Notes: generated by a model from the sequence alone, not told the origin. 64,000 nt of DNA from a virus (IMGVR_UViG_2751185671_000004:96001-160000); one strand, 5' to 3'. Shown: positions 30,901 through 41,215, numbered from the stretch's first letter. Numbers and translations are program-made.

Positions 30901-33900
30901 AGTACCATTGCTTATTTCTATGGCGAAGCCAAAATACAAGCGGCAGGGATTGGCTTTTTAGGGTTTGAACGATTAGCCACCTTGGATCAGCAAACGGGAA
31001 TTAAAACCGTCACGACCTATCGTCAAGATTTTCCTTTTGCCGGACGTCCCTTAAAAACCGAGGTGATTACACCCACAGGCCAACGTCTGAGTGAAACGAC
31101 AAATCGATGGGCGATAAAAAACTGGCAGAACGACTGGGCGGATATTGCTCGTGCCCAAGGAACCGCTGCCTTAGGGCCATTGAATACCTTTTTAGAACAG
31201 AGTGTAGAAACCACGTACCGATCATTTAGCTCGACCTTTGGCAGCAACAATCCGAATATCAGTGTCACTAGCGATGTCCAACAACGTGTGGAAACTACCT
31301 CTACCTACGATGACCACGGCAATGCCACCGATATTATTGTGGCCACTACGGGCGACGGCTTTACCCATACAGAAACCGTATCAAACTTCTATGAAGGGTC
31401 GCTTGATCTTCACGGTTCAACGTGGAGCTATGCGCAATTGGGACGGGTTACCCAGACCGATACCACCGTTACCCAAAACGATGAGGCTTCGGTAACGCGC
31501 ACCGCTAAATTTACCTATTACAACACCGGTACCAGCGATAGCCCACATAATGACAAGTTATTTGGATTGTTGGCTACCCAAACGGTGGAACCTGATCCAA
31601 GCAAAACCCTGGAGCAGTCCCTGGTGGTGTCGTATTTCTATGATGAATTTGGCAATCAGGAACGTATGGAATCAAAAGGGTGGGATGGCGAAAGTGCTGT
31701 GACTCGAACCTCGACAACCCTGTTTGACAACATTGGACGTTACGCTGAGCATACAAGCAATCACTATGGTCAAATAGAACAAAGCATCACCGACGAAAAC
31801 CGACATCCACTCGGCCTACCTAAACTGACGACAGATTTAAATGGTGTGAAAACCACCATGAGCTACGGTGCCTTTGGCCGTGAATCTTTGCGACATGATG
31901 ATACGGGGGCTTGGACACAGAGCCTTCTTATTCCGTGTGATAGCACTTGTCCCACCAGTGCTCGCTATATCTCACACACACAACAAGCGGGTGGCGGAGA
32001 ATCACGCAGCTATATCGATGTTCTTGGCCGCTCCATACGAGAAGGTGTGAAGCATTTTGATGGCGGCTGGGTGTATACCGATATGGAATACGATGCCCTA
32101 GGGCGGGTGAAACGTACCTCCGAACCCTATCGTGATAATGATACGCCTCAATACTGGACGGAAATCACCTACGATATTTTAGGGCGGGCGATTGCTACAT
32201 CTTTGCCAGGGATCGAACGCCCTGTGACGGTGTTTTACAACGGCTTAACTACCACCACCACCAATCCCCTCGAGCAAACCAATACTGAAAAACGTAACGC
32301 CATTGGCCAGCTAGCCGAAGTAACCGATGCCGACGGCGCCCGCCTGAGTTATCACTACGATACCCGAGGCAATATTACCCATGTTCGGCAATACGGTAAT
32401 ACGGCCGACCCGCACGATATTAAGGTGACCATGTGCTACGACCACCTAGGCCGTAAAACCGCCATGCTCGATCCCGATAAAGGTGGCCATCGTGCGCAGG
32501 TAACGGAATGCCCCACCGCATTTGATAGCCCCATTGCCGGTTGGTGGCTCTATCGCTACAACGCCTTTGGCGAATTAATTGGCCAAATTGATGCGAAGGG
32601 TCAGCGCAGCACCATGGCCTATGATGCACTGGGGCGTATGACCTTCCGTCGCGATATCAAAACCGATGGCAGTACCGAAGGCAATACCACGTGGACCTAC
32701 AACAATAGCACCACTGGCACTCACCTTGGTGTGTTGCAAAATGTTGAAGATGTGATCAGCGGTTATCGTAAAGTCTTTATGTACGATGCACTCACGCGTC
32801 CCAGTGAGACTGCCACGCATTTTGCTACTGACGATGTGCACTATGAAAAAGTCACCTATGACCAATTCGGTCGTCAGCATCAGGTGTTTGATGCGGCTGG
32901 GGATAATACTTTCCAAAGTAACGCGATTGAAAATATCTACAACTCCCAGGGCTATTTAAGCCAGGTGGTGGATGCCAACAGTGTGAATGGTGAAAAGCGT
33001 TCGTACTACAGTATTTTAGAAATGGATAAACGGGGTAATGTGTCCAGCGCGCAGTCAGGGAATGGTGTCACCAGCCAGTATGTTTATGAAGAGGATACCG
33101 GATGGCTCAGTGATATTCGCGCGTCCTCCATACTCGGCACTCATGATATTCAAAACCATCATTACGAGTGGGACGATATTGGGAATTTACAATCACGCAA
33201 TGATTACAGTGGCAGTAAAACATTGGACGAGAGTTTTACTTATGATGATTTAAATCGTTTGCTAACAAGCCAAGTCGCGGGTCGTGATGTTCAAGAAATA
33301 CGCTACGATAGTTTAGGCAATATTGTGTTTAAAACCGGTATTGGCGATTACAGCTATGGCAGTGATTGTGTGTCTGCCACTCATCAAGATACCTATGGGC
33401 CTCACGCCCTTTGCCACACCAGTGAAGATAATGCCCACTATGCCTACGATGCTAACGGCAATATGTTTGCTGATGGTACTGGGCGCACTATTCATTACAC
33501 CACCTTTGATAAACCCGATGAAATTACCAAGGACGATACGCGCATTACTTTCCGTTATGCCCCGGATCGCAGTCGCTATTTACGCACGGACGAGAATACT
33601 GAGGGTACCACCACAACCCGCTATATCGGCAAAGTGGAAAAACTCACCCACCCCGATGGCACTCAAAGTATTAAACGCTATCTTCCTGGTGGGGCTTTAG
33701 TCACCATTAAATTAGACAGTGCGGGTAGTCGTGTTAATCAAGAGACTCAATACCTCCATAAAGATCACTTGGGATCATTGGATGTAATTACCAATGCAAT
33801 GGGCACTATTGCGCAAGACGAAAGTGGTAGAGATCTCGTTTTCAGCTTTGATGCGTGGGGACAAAAACGTGCGGCGCTAGATTGGTCGACCTTAATGGAT

Positions 33901-35244
33901 AACGCGTTAAGTGATTTTAATACGCTGGTGGTCACCTCCCCTATTACACGGGGTTTTACCATGCACGAGCATTTGGATGCAGTGGGCTTAATTCATATGA
34001 ACGGCCGTATTTACGATCCAAGACTCGGCCGTTTTATGCAAGCCGATCCCTTTGTGCAAGCAGCGAGTAATACGCAAAGTTACAACCGGTATAGTTATGT
34101 GTTTAATAATCCGCTTAATGCCACCGACCCCAGTGGATATTTTAGAATCAGTGCGGGTGGCTTCTTAAATTTGTTAAAAGTGGCGTTAACGGCGATCGTG
34201 GCTGTGTCTTGTCAAGCCTGTTTGCCTGCGATTGCAGGAATGTTCGGTGCCTTGGATGCCGCCATTGCCGATGGTAATTTAGGGGATATCGCTTTGTCGG
34301 CAGTCAGCAGTTATATATCGGCCAGTATCACCTCCTCATTTCTCGCTGAAGAATTTTCCTGGACGGGACTGCTTAAAGTCGCTGTTGTAGGGGGCATCAC
34401 GAGCGTATTAAATCGTGGGAAATTTGGGCATGGTTTTATCAGTGCCGGTGTTGGCACTTTAGCTGGAGGGACTCTCGCGCCAATAGCAGGCGATACATTC
34501 AATAACGTGTTAAAAGGTCTTGGTGGTATTGTGTTAAGTGGTACAATTTCCACAGCAACCGGTGGGAAATTTGCCAATGGAGCGGGCAGTGCTGCTTTTG
34601 CTTGGGCAGTTAGGACTGGTACTCAGATTGATGTAAGTGAAGATGTTGAGGGCTTAAGTTGTGAAGAAAATGGTTCAGCATGCGCGCCAGCAAACCCTGA
34701 ATGGATATTTAAAAACAAAAATAAAGATCTTGGAATAACTATATCTGTTGATGAAAATGGTGTCACTGTTATTAAGGGAGAGATTACGGTGTCTGGATAT
34801 AAATCTAAATATGCAGCAAGAAGAATTAATAAATATTGGTCTGGTGTTTCTGGAGAGTATAATGGCCAGCTATTTCGATCTGAAATAACTGCTAGATCAG
34901 TTAAAAGTGGTGGTCAGGTCAATTTAGTTAAAATAAGTAGGGAAGAAGTTCAATTAAGAAAACAGAACACTATTAATAAAATGAAAGCTCATGCTCTTGC
35001 CTGTGATCTAGAAGTAAAAAATATTACACCTGATATGATCTCTTATGGTGGGTACGTTTCTAGAGCGGGTGACAGTACAATTCATTTGGGGGACGGTTGG
35101 CGAGGTAGTACTATTGCTCATGAATTTGGACATGTGTTAGGGTTAGGACATGCACCTAAAGGAAGCGGGAGTATTCTTTCCTATGATGAAGGTAGAAGAG
35201 TTTTGGGGCGAGATCTTTATAATCTCGCAAACGGTTACAAATAA
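24979..35244 (+). CDS. Giant Rhs/YD-repeat toxin: signal peptide, FN3/Ig, PQQ-like, DUF4214-like, SpvB/TcdB-mid, FG-GAP, Rhs core, C-terminal metzincin
   Basis: Likely start ATG 25060 after GGAG; HMNGRIYDPRLGRFMQADP; NPLNATDPSG (DPSG 34126-34137); HEFGHVLGLGH. Confidence 0.92.
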   Translation: MGTLNSKNVVHRSMNKNDHIFAGSFLAMNLHNLKFFHYILLPLFFVFSPFVSAQQSYFNFLDVENVSGSGSTATYTDTNGTYRISYSFPFIPNIDATRLTATRTFNGQQTRLDFGYVDGETRTITLNHDNGVYRYYAESEINDHGDPDGGGTDIDLIGTITVIRQLGSMGTISLPNYCINSYTVSWPAVSAANRYDIEESSNGGSTWTRLTNPAGASATSISRPGINTGEERRYRVRAYYDQQPNTRTPWQTSARCQGNIRPSVSLFSPSNGHYQLLNQVLLLSASATDTNGSVSYVDFYHGTTRIARDTSAPFTAQWTPTQSGAQTLEARATDNHGATTRSTAITVNVHTRPTVFINSPAPNTQFDVGDSVSIGATASDDGTITQVQFFRNGSIISTDTSAPYTATWTVSASGLHSITAQATDNHGITSASSPVVVIEGIEQTAPNSAPTGLAADTGVNNSTGIYTLSWNAVTDANEYELQECRLATCSDGDFTRVIRSANRAASFTGLGNGSYTYRVNACNDVGCSAFSAPYTVTITLPVPQRPGPTYLKTSAVCANGATSGQSTGAFEICWDAVTENLDHYLVEEQIGTGPWQQIANQSATSLVLNNKTTNTYSYRVLACNDQNACSTPGGILSVSVIDTPVIYSASLACDGTCVSIAGTGFDTNTQVAVSSITTSPLNQTFSSPELIVNNDSLQLPIDDALVIDALNNLGGLSLAVVNTTNNNRASTQVYPNNASPEPAVNSGPPTISANGIIYIGRGDQLYAYDSAGTLITGWPVDIQEPITTQPALSVNENTVYVGGGDRHLVAVGGAEDVLSGQIHWQFPAAGAVASPLVDQYDFVYAGAMDSRFYSLGTDGQVRWTYNATAGIAEKPVIYGDYSLSFSSVDGQLHQLRAGVIGPEQLNWQSIDQSLLRDYLSTVGEDFEQFVVDGWDATELFQVGRLFEGLLRRHPDKETLTFWTYALLPDYGATLEEVTEAFLTSDSGVALYGGLTDFLYVGALYENVLNITEWVDTPEYQADLAALTSGALTRTQLAMQLVGSETFSTRVDQELLRIFQIFYGFCLEANCDFLLDSDNDGLGDQWELTHFGDLTSQSGDGDADGDGLTNYQEYLANSSPALGAPDAAPLPASKPEDPDTSISDAIGSIEGQFRVNEQGSATYTIPITTMAGTAGVAPSFSLHYTSQNNRGIAGKGWGLSGLSSISRCRQTLGRDGVALPITWGERDRFCLNGQRLVLTSGASYGAVGATYKTEIDSFITVTSVGGSAGAPEYFTAVARDGSLTTYGFIEGDNNAQQRTFDNAHTLMWVQNQFKDSVGNRIEYVYAQTAGNDHRIASVHYAYGNGDQANAAVFFDYEDRPDIERFNLAGYAFESTKRLAAIRVQNTVNKTPSEVRRYDLNYAPYPADAHVQTSLLENIEVCAGDVCLLPTVFAWTPSGEGQELTDFDTTEFSDAGLLVDYKFADFNGDGEQDIVFLHTSPMGDQQTVNYAMSVAGELVAQPFASGRTSEILPDVVGGSFFSRAAAQILVLDYNADGRMDLATYSASAGGWQLYISTPTSSGWRLKNLGADHFLDANSTLLFLDIDSDGLSDAVYLNRQQQRLIIRRLKPGNGAIESDTYFAFGAEESFSIDPPAGIEDDIDDVDQIAIATGDVTGNGQAELMLRYRSIHEEQGTFQFYYHIYTFGESALLPWGSSIYLEELEPSTTAPEQFPRVNLQDLNGDGLADLTYYFKGRLNYWINDGLQFGTKQSLSIRGPSIDDYDRAPTFVDYDNDGDLDLIYHAFPTANIRMYRWDIHTHAFSIDTENIRRGVTTDPEETNRENHIFFDSNGDGHLDYHRYRSESGRLLRFLSTQSSPRHVMTQIENGLGGITEISHEALAKSSHYHRIDVGETRATPPNALCAIWGESFLNTCQDYYAYDTGQFYSELNSNWSEHNSLGKYQPVLEFHGSLPIVTSISSSAPSAGATPGNINAEAMSTIAYFYGEAKIQAAGIGFLGFERLATLDQQTGIKTVTTYRQDFPFAGRPLKTEVITPTGQRLSETTNRWAIKNWQNDWADIARAQGTAALGPLNTFLEQSVETTYRSFSSTFGSNNPNISVTSDVQQRVETTSTYDDHGNATDIIVATTGDGFTHTETVSNFYEGSLDLHGSTWSYAQLGRVTQTDTTVTQNDEASVTRTAKFTYYNTGTSDSPHNDKLFGLLATQTVEPDPSKTLEQSLVVSYFYDEFGNQERMESKGWDGESAVTRTSTTLFDNIGRYAEHTSNHYGQIEQSITDENRHPLGLPKLTTDLNGVKTTMSYGAFGRESLRHDDTGAWTQSLLIPCDSTCPTSARYISHTQQAGGGESRSYIDVLGRSIREGVKHFDGGWVYTDMEYDALGRVKRTSEPYRDNDTPQYWTEITYDILGRAIATSLPGIERPVTVFYNGLTTTTTNPLEQTNTEKRNAIGQLAEVTDADGARLSYHYDTRGNITHVRQYGNTADPHDIKVTMCYDHLGRKTAMLDPDKGGHRAQVTECPTAFDSPIAGWWLYRYNAFGELIGQIDAKGQRSTMAYDALGRMTFRRDIKTDGSTEGNTTWTYNNSTTGTHLGVLQNVEDVISGYRKVFMYDALTRPSETATHFATDDVHYEKVTYDQFGRQHQVFDAAGDNTFQSNAIENIYNSQGYLSQVVDANSVNGEKRSYYSILEMDKRGNVSSAQSGNGVTSQYVYEEDTGWLSDIRASSILGTHDIQNHHYEWDDIGNLQSRNDYSGSKTLDESFTYDDLNRLLTSQVAGRDVQEIRYDSLGNIVFKTGIGDYSYGSDCVSATHQDTYGPHALCHTSEDNAHYAYDANGNMFADGTGRTIHYTTFDKPDEITKDDTRITFRYAPDRSRYLRTDENTEGTTTTRYIGKVEKLTHPDGTQSIKRYLPGGALVTIKLDSAGSRVNQETQYLHKDHLGSLDVITNAMGTIAQDESGRDLVFSFDAWGQKRAALDWSTLMDNALSDFNTLVVTSPITRGFTMHEHLDAVGLIHMNGRIYDPRLGRFMQADPFVQAASNTQSYNRYSYVFNNPLNATDPSGYFRISAGGFLNLLKVALTAIVAVSCQACLPAIAGMFGALDAAIADGNLGDIALSAVSSYISASITSSFLAEEFSWTGLLKVAVVGGITSVLNRGKFGHGFISAGVGTLAGGTLAPIAGDTFNNVLKGLGGIVLSGTISTATGGKFANGAGSAAFAWAVRTGTQIDVSEDVEGLSCEENGSACAPANPEWIFKNKNKDLGITISVDENGVTVIKGEITVSGYKSKYAARRINKYWSGVSGEYNGQLFRSEITARSVKSGGQVNLVKISREEVQLRKQNTINKMKAHALACDLEVKNITPDMISYGGYVSRAGDSTIHLGDGWRGSTIAHEFGHVLGLGHAPKGSGSILSYDEGRRVLGRDLYNLANGYK

Positions 35245-35255
35245 AATTACTGCTT

Positions 35256-35732
35256 ATGTATAAATTTATGATTAATTTTGTATTCTCTATTTTATTGTTA
35301 CTTTTAGCTACTTGCTTACGAGCTGAGTCGGTTTGCTTAGTTAATGAAAGCTCTAAAGTTGACGGTAATATTCATTATACTTTTCTTGGCGATGGATTTA
35401 TAAGGATTGATGTCCGATTTAAAAAAAATCAGGAAAATGATAATTTTTTTAAGGAGGCTGAACTTTTTTATGGCGTCCCTTTGAAAATTGATAACTACGA
35501 ACTGTTAGATGATAGTAAATTTATTCTTCAAACAAAACTTATTCTTTTGGAGGAAGAAACAATGCTAAGTTCTACTTTTACTGTTAGTGAATTGTTCTCG
35601 CCTTTTTCAATATTGATGACTCTAGGGTCGCAAAGTTCGTCAGGAATATGCGATAAAAAATTTGTTAGAACTGTTTCTAATGATGATATAGATTCATCTA
35701 AAACGTTTGGAAAAATTAGTTTGCGTAAATAG
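35256..35732 (+). CDS. Putative cognate immunity protein (exported)
   Basis: 11 bp after the Rhs stop, AT-rich, signal peptide. Confidence 0.65.
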   Translation: MYKFMINFVFSILLLLLATCLRAESVCLVNESSKVDGNIHYTFLGDGFIRIDVRFKKNQENDNFFKEAELFYGVPLKIDNYELLDDSKFILQTKLILLEEETMLSSTFTVSELFSPFSILMTLGSQSSSGICDKKFVRTVSNDDIDSSKTFGKISLRK

Positions 35733-35911
35733 TTTTAAGCACGAGGCATCATAGATAAAGCAAAGGTTTTCTTAAAAAATATTAACTAGATGGCAAGAAT
35801 ATTTAGTTAAATATTTTTAAATAGATATGATGAAAGTTAGGCTCTATTTAGATCTAAGGGCTGGCTTATGATATTGTTTAATTACATGGCGCTTTAAAGA
35901 GCCGTCAGTTA

Positions 35912-36451
35912 TTGTTTTATAATAGCTGGCGGTTTTTTGTTATTGCTAGAATTAAAATGTATTTGTTCCTGAGTGTGTGGTTTACGAAAACTTGGCTGGA
36001 GAGAAGAAATATGGGGAAAATAGAGCATTTAAAACTTGTAGCAATGTTCTTGGGCTGGATGTTAGTGACTAGTAACGTCTATTCAAAGGAAGAGAATTTG
36101 GATGTCAGTTGGTATGGGACTAAGCGTTATAAAGAGCTTGTTAAAAACTCACCTATCAGTGCTGATGAAGGTAGAAAAATAATACAGAACATTGTCATTC
36201 AAAATAAATTGTCGCCATCCAAGTACGGAAACGTTCCTGAGGGGCCTTCTTTCATCTATGATAATTTTATGTTTTTCTCTTTTGAATTAAAAGGTGAAGT
36301 GAGTCTGCAAGGATTTTATTTAAATACCGATAGCAGAGAGGTAGAATATCGTCGGACTTCAGATAAGGTCTATATAAAGAAATCATACTTTAAGCATAAT
36401 AATAAAATCAAGAGGTGGAAATACCTTCAATTCCTCAGAGACAAAGGGTAA
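35912..36451 (+). CDS. Orphan immunity-like exported protein
   Basis: Signal-like segment after Met at about 36011; located in the Rhs tail array. Confidence 0.45.
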   Translation: MFYNSWRFFVIARIKMYLFLSVWFTKTWLERRNMGKIEHLKLVAMFLGWMLVTSNVYSKEENLDVSWYGTKRYKELVKNSPISADEGRKIIQNIVIQNKLSPSKYGNVPEGPSFIYDNFMFFSFELKGEVSLQGFYLNTDSREVEYRRTSDKVYIKKSYFKHNNKIKRWKYLQFLRDKG

Positions 36452-36807
36452 TAGACCAACTTAGACAGGACGCAATAATTACACCAGGTCTTCCAGAGGA
36501 CGTATTAGACGTACTATCAACTCATGAAATTAGGCACGAAGATACTTTTGAATTTTCTGGGGTGTGGGAGCCGGGTTATATCGGTATAGGTAATGGTAAC
36601 CCAGGTGGACGTATGAATTGGGACGCAGCAGGTAATTTAAATAAGCCTGAATTAGTTGACAGCTTTTTTCATGAAGTTCAGCATGGCCGAGACCCGAGAA
36701 AAACAATAGTAGATCATCCATCTACTGGAGCAACTCCAGAGTTTCAAAGCCAAGTTGATGAATTAAAAAATATATTTAACCAACACTGGGGTGTAAAATG
36801 GAAGTAG
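36415..36807 (+). pseudogene. Orphan toxin C-terminal fragment with HEXXH
   Basis: FFHEVQH; no Rhs core; coupled to the following ORF. Confidence 0.45.
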
Positions 36808-37346
36808 AAGGTTTGAGTACTAAAGTTAAACAATCTATTACAAATAAACTCGGAACAAGTTTTTTAATTAATTTTGTTGCCGTGCTTATCCTGATCCAAT
36901 TAAATAATGAAGCAACCGCAGAGGTATATGACTTTGACTCGGAAGTTCATAAAAATGTTAGGCTTTGCCAACCTAAAGACCCTTTTATGTTCACGAAGGA
37001 TATTTATTTAGATCGAAAATATATTGAAAGTCGATATGAAAAAGAAAGTGTTGTTAATCAAATATTGACATTAGATCTAGATTACAGGAAAAAAGCTTTA
37101 GTCCGATTAAGTGGACATAAATCAAAGAATGGAGTTCATAGAGATATCAATGACCAATTGAAAACTTACGGATATATAAACTTTGTAAAGGTAGCAGAAT
37201 GCTTAGTTCAGAATCTAAATGATGGAGATGAGCTATATTGGTTTGACAATAAGTCAATATCTCCTAGCGTTCAGCGGGGTTATGTCATTTTAAGAGATGG
37301 CATAATAATAGCTAGAGCCGTATTACGTGAGCGGTACGTTAATTAG
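36798..37346 (+). CDS. Putative immunity protein
   Basis: Overlaps the toxin fragment stop; hydrophobic N-terminal segment. Confidence 0.5.
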   Translation: MEVEGLSTKVKQSITNKLGTSFLINFVAVLILIQLNNEATAEVYDFDSEVHKNVRLCQPKDPFMFTKDIYLDRKYIESRYEKESVVNQILTLDLDYRKKALVRLSGHKSKNGVHRDINDQLKTYGYINFVKVAECLVQNLNDGDELYWFDNKSISPSVQRGYVILRDGIIIARAVLRERYVN

Positions 37347-37477
37347 TGGTAAAATAACTATACATTATGATATAACAAAGTCGAAATAATTATTTAAAGT
37401 TAGTTTACTAAGAACAAAGTTATTCAACTCAGGACCGTTAAATAATTTATATGTACTAGGCATATATATCAAGGTCG

Positions 37478-37954
37478 CTAACATCTACTGTGAAATAGTT
37501 GGCGACCATTTTTTATACTACTCAACCAGTATAGAGAAGCTTCTTCTGACCTCCTATTGGCCAACCCCTTTAGCTTTTTCCGGCCAGCCCACACCCATTT
37601 TTTTAGTTCATATGGAACACTATCATAGTCACTACGGTTTAGTTTTCTTCGGAGTGTAGAGCGCTGTAAGGTGCCTGCGCCTAAATTAAAAGTAGAGGAT
37701 ACAAGGGCGTCAAATTGACCGGCTGTCAGCGGGACATTAATCAATCGGGTGACCGCTCTCTCTGTTGTTGTTAAATCCTTTTTTAGTAGTTGATCGGCTT
37801 CCTCTTCAGTAACACCCTTACTAAAATCATCATGATCCCTAATGAGATGACCGTAGCCAATGGTCGGATAGTTAGCAGGACAAATATATACTGTGTTGCT
37901 AAATCCTTCATATTTTTTAATAAGGTCGATACCGGCTTGATTGGTTTTTCTCAT
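37478..37954 (-). CDS. Phage-type lysozyme (GH24)
   Basis: LIKKYEGF...CPANYPTIGYGH; QFDALVS..FNLG; GLANRR.EE. Confidence 0.9.
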   Translation of the reverse strand: MRKTNQAGIDLIKKYEGFSNTVYICPANYPTIGYGHLIRDHDDFSKGVTEEEADQLLKKDLTTTERAVTRLINVPLTAGQFDALVSSTFNLGAGTLQRSTLRRKLNRSDYDSVPYELKKWVWAGRKKLKGLANRRSEEASLYWLSSIKNGRQLFHSRC

Positions 37955-37984
37955 AAGCTTTTTTCTTAATGTGTATGTCTAAAT

Positions 37985-38215
37985 TTTGATAGCGCGCGCT
38001 GACCGAACCAAAAACTAATCACCTCCGCGAATAGTGCTTGTGTGTCTGCGTCCTAGATTTGGGGGAGCGCTTGATATAAGTGAATATTGTGATCGGTAAT
38101 GAGAATATAAAGTGTACACGCTTTGACAGGCGCGAACAGGGTGAAAAATAAATAAGTAATCACTGGCCGCACGGATGCACGTAGTTGCCCTACCCATCCC
38201 TCGTTAGATAAACTG
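37985..38215 (-). pseudogene. Holin-like (3-TM) gene remnant
   Basis: GWVGQLRASVRPVITYLFFTLF upstream of the lysozyme; frameshifted and truncated by Rhs duplicate. Confidence 0.5.
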
Positions 38216-38218
38216 GCA

Positions 38219-40293
38219 GGCTCAGTGATATTCGCGCGTCCTCCATACTCGGCACCCATGATATTCAAAACCATCATTATGAGTGGGATGATATTGGGAA
38301 TTTACAATCGCGCAATGATTACAGTGGCAGTAAAACATTAGATGAGAGTTTTACTTATGATGATTTAAATCGCTTACGTACCAGCCATGTCATAGGCCGT
38401 GACGTGCAAGAAGTGCGCTACGATAGTTTAGGCAATATTGTGTTTAAAACCGGTGTTGGCGATTACAGTTACGGCAGTGATTGTGTGTCTACCACTCACC
38501 CAGATACTTATGGGCCTCATGCCCTTTGCCACACCAGTGAAGATAATGCCCACTATGCCTACGATGCTAATGGCAATATGTTTGCTGATGGTACTGGGCG
38601 TAATATTCATTACACCACCTTTGATAAGCCCGATGAAATTACTAAGGATGATACGCGCATTACTTTCCGTTACGCCCCGGATCGCAGTCGCTATTTACGC
38701 ACGGATGAAAATACTGAGGGTACTACTACGACCCGTTATATCGGCAAAGTGGAAAAACTCACCCACCCCGATGGCACTCAAAGTATTAAACGCTATCTTC
38801 CTGGTGGGGCTTTAGTCACCATTAAATTAGACAGTGCGGGTAGTCGTGTTAATCAAGAGACTCAATACCTCCATAAAGATCACTTGGGATCATTGGATGT
38901 AATTACCAATGCAATGGGCACTATTGCGCAAGACGAAAGTGGTAGAGATCTCGTTTTCAGCTTTGATGCGTGGGGACAAAAACGTGCGGCGCTAGATTGG
39001 TCGACCTTAATGGATAACGCGTTAAGTGATTTTAATACGCTGGTGGTCACCTCCCCTATTACACGGGGTTTTACCATGCACGAGCATTTGGATGCAGTGG
39101 GCTTAATTCATATGAACGGCCGTATTTACGATCCAAGACTCGGCCGTTTTATGCAAGCCGATCCCTTTGTGCAAGCAGCGAGTAATACCCAAAGTTATAA
39201 TCGTTATAGCTATGTGTTTAATAATCCCCTTAATGCCACCGACCCCAGTGGGTATTTTAGTGTGGGCGGATTTTTAGGCGCAGTACAAACAATCGTAACC
39301 GCCATCGCCGCCATCTATTGCCAAGCGTGCATTCCTTATATTTCCGCCGCATTTGGGGCAGTACACGCCGCACGAGCCGGCGGTGATTTAGGGGATATTG
39401 CCCGTGCCGCCGTCAGTAGCTACGCCTCTGCCAGTATTACCTCTTCATATTTAGCCGATGGCTTTTCATGGGAAGGCTTACTTCAAGTAGCCGTGGCCGG
39501 CGGTATTACCAACGTGCTCAATAACGGCAAATTTGGCCATGGATTTATCAGCGCCGGTGTCGGCACAGCGTTAGGAGGGAAACTCGCGCCAGTCGCCAAC
39601 GAAACGACAAATAACATATTAAAAGGTCTTGGCAGTATCGTGTTAAGTGGTACAATTTCCAAAGCAACCGGAGGGAAATTTGCAAATGGCGCAGGGAGTG
39701 CTGCTTTTGCGTGGGCCGTGGGGGCTGGAGTGGAGAGGCTTAATAAGCCGGAGCCTGCGGCCTTTGCTGATAAAGCTGCAGGTGACTACACCGCTGAAGA
39801 TGTTATCGACATAATTAGGTCTACTAAAACAGGGAAGGCTGCTTTTGATTCAGCAAAGCCTGAAGTTGTTTTGGATAGTAAGAGGGGGGCATATTTTAAT
39901 TCAAAAACTAACACCCTTCACCTAAGAGCTAACGCTAGCCTTGCTGTAAATGTTCGATCCATGGCCCATGAGCTTGGTCATGCGTATCAAACACATTTAG
40001 GAATTAATAAACCTTCTGCGAAAAAGATGTCGAGAGAAGATTATATCAATGGAATGATAACTAATGAGTCTATGGCAGATCATATGCGGCATCAAATTTA
40101 TTCTGAGTTAGCAGATCCAAGCATGATGGCTAAGCCTACGGGACATGATGCTTGGGTTGGGGCTAAACCGGCAGAAAGGATGCAATTGATTAAGGATAGA
40201 TTTAGGGGGCCGGCTGCGATATATAAAACTAGTACTACCGGTCAGACATATGGGGATTACTATGGAGCTTACTGGGATAGGGTGAATCAATAA
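38219..40293 (+). CDS. Orphan Rhs module 1 (ORF 38404-40293): duplicated core plus HEXXH metallopeptidase CT
   Basis: Near-identical to main Rhs from about 33108; DPSG; MAHELGH. Confidence 0.85.
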
Positions 40294-40955
40294 TGTTTAA
40301 ACTTACAATTCAGCTGACTATCGTTTTCGTATTCATGGGGTCCATTTTTAACTCTTGTTATGCAGAGAAATCGACCGTGGAAAATGACGAAATCATAAAA
40401 TTGTTAAAATCGCAAATTATGGATGCTGATTTTCAGAATGTTCTATCTAGCTCTGATGATGTTGATATACAGAGTTTGATAAATAGAAGCGATTTTACGA
40501 TTTACAAAATTTCATTTCATGATTTGGGTTTGAATGAACATGATTTCACTTTTGCTCTAAATGAAAATTCTGATAAGGTAATTTTGTTAACTGGGTCTTT
40601 AAATAATTATAATGAATATATTCTTCCTTTATACTCCAGCCTTTCCCCGTCAAATGTTAAAACGATTGTTGCTGAGTCTTTTCTATTTACGAGGGTGTTT
40701 TATAAACAATTTGTTGTTCTTGATGATTTGAGTAAGGCCGAAGAATGGTTAAGTGAAGAGGCGCTTGGTGCTCTGAAGAAAAATCGTTACAAGATGGATT
40801 GCGTGACTGATAATGAGGGTTATATGTGTCATGTGCCAATTGTTTTGGGTCGAGATTTGATATTGAGGAAGGTTGTTGTAAAGAAAAGTGATATAGCTTT
40901 TGAAGATAGATTAGTTGTCAAAAATGCGAGTAAGTTTTTTAATCCTCATGACTAA
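40293..40955 (+). CDS. Immunity protein of orphan module 1 (exported)
   Basis: TAATG coupling, signal peptide. Confidence 0.7.
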   Translation: MFKLTIQLTIVFVFMGSIFNSCYAEKSTVENDEIIKLLKSQIMDADFQNVLSSSDDVDIQSLINRSDFTIYKISFHDLGLNEHDFTFALNENSDKVILLTGSLNNYNEYILPLYSSLSPSNVKTIVAESFLFTRVFYKQFVVLDDLSKAEEWLSEEALGALKKNRYKMDCVTDNEGYMCHVPIVLGRDLILRKVVVKKSDIAFEDRLVVKNASKFFNPHD

Positions 40956-40978
40956 CATTTAAATAAGACACCCACCTT

Positions 40979-41010
40979 AAGCCCTAGATTTTTAACCTAG
41001 GGCTTTTTAT
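40979..41010 (+). terminator. Module terminator
   Basis: AAGCCCTAG...CTAGGGCTTTTT. Confidence 0.8.
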
Positions 41011-41215
41011 TATTTACTGTCTTATCCTCTTATATATTATTTTCCACCTCACTTATCACAGGTCACCACCAAACACCTATCCCTGACCCTCACCTTGACC
41101 GGCGCATTAATCTCAAACCCCGCTTGAATTAACCAATGGCCTTATTCATTACACCACCTTTGATGAGCCGGATGAAAACACTGACGGCACCACCACGACG
41201 CGCTATATCGGCAAA

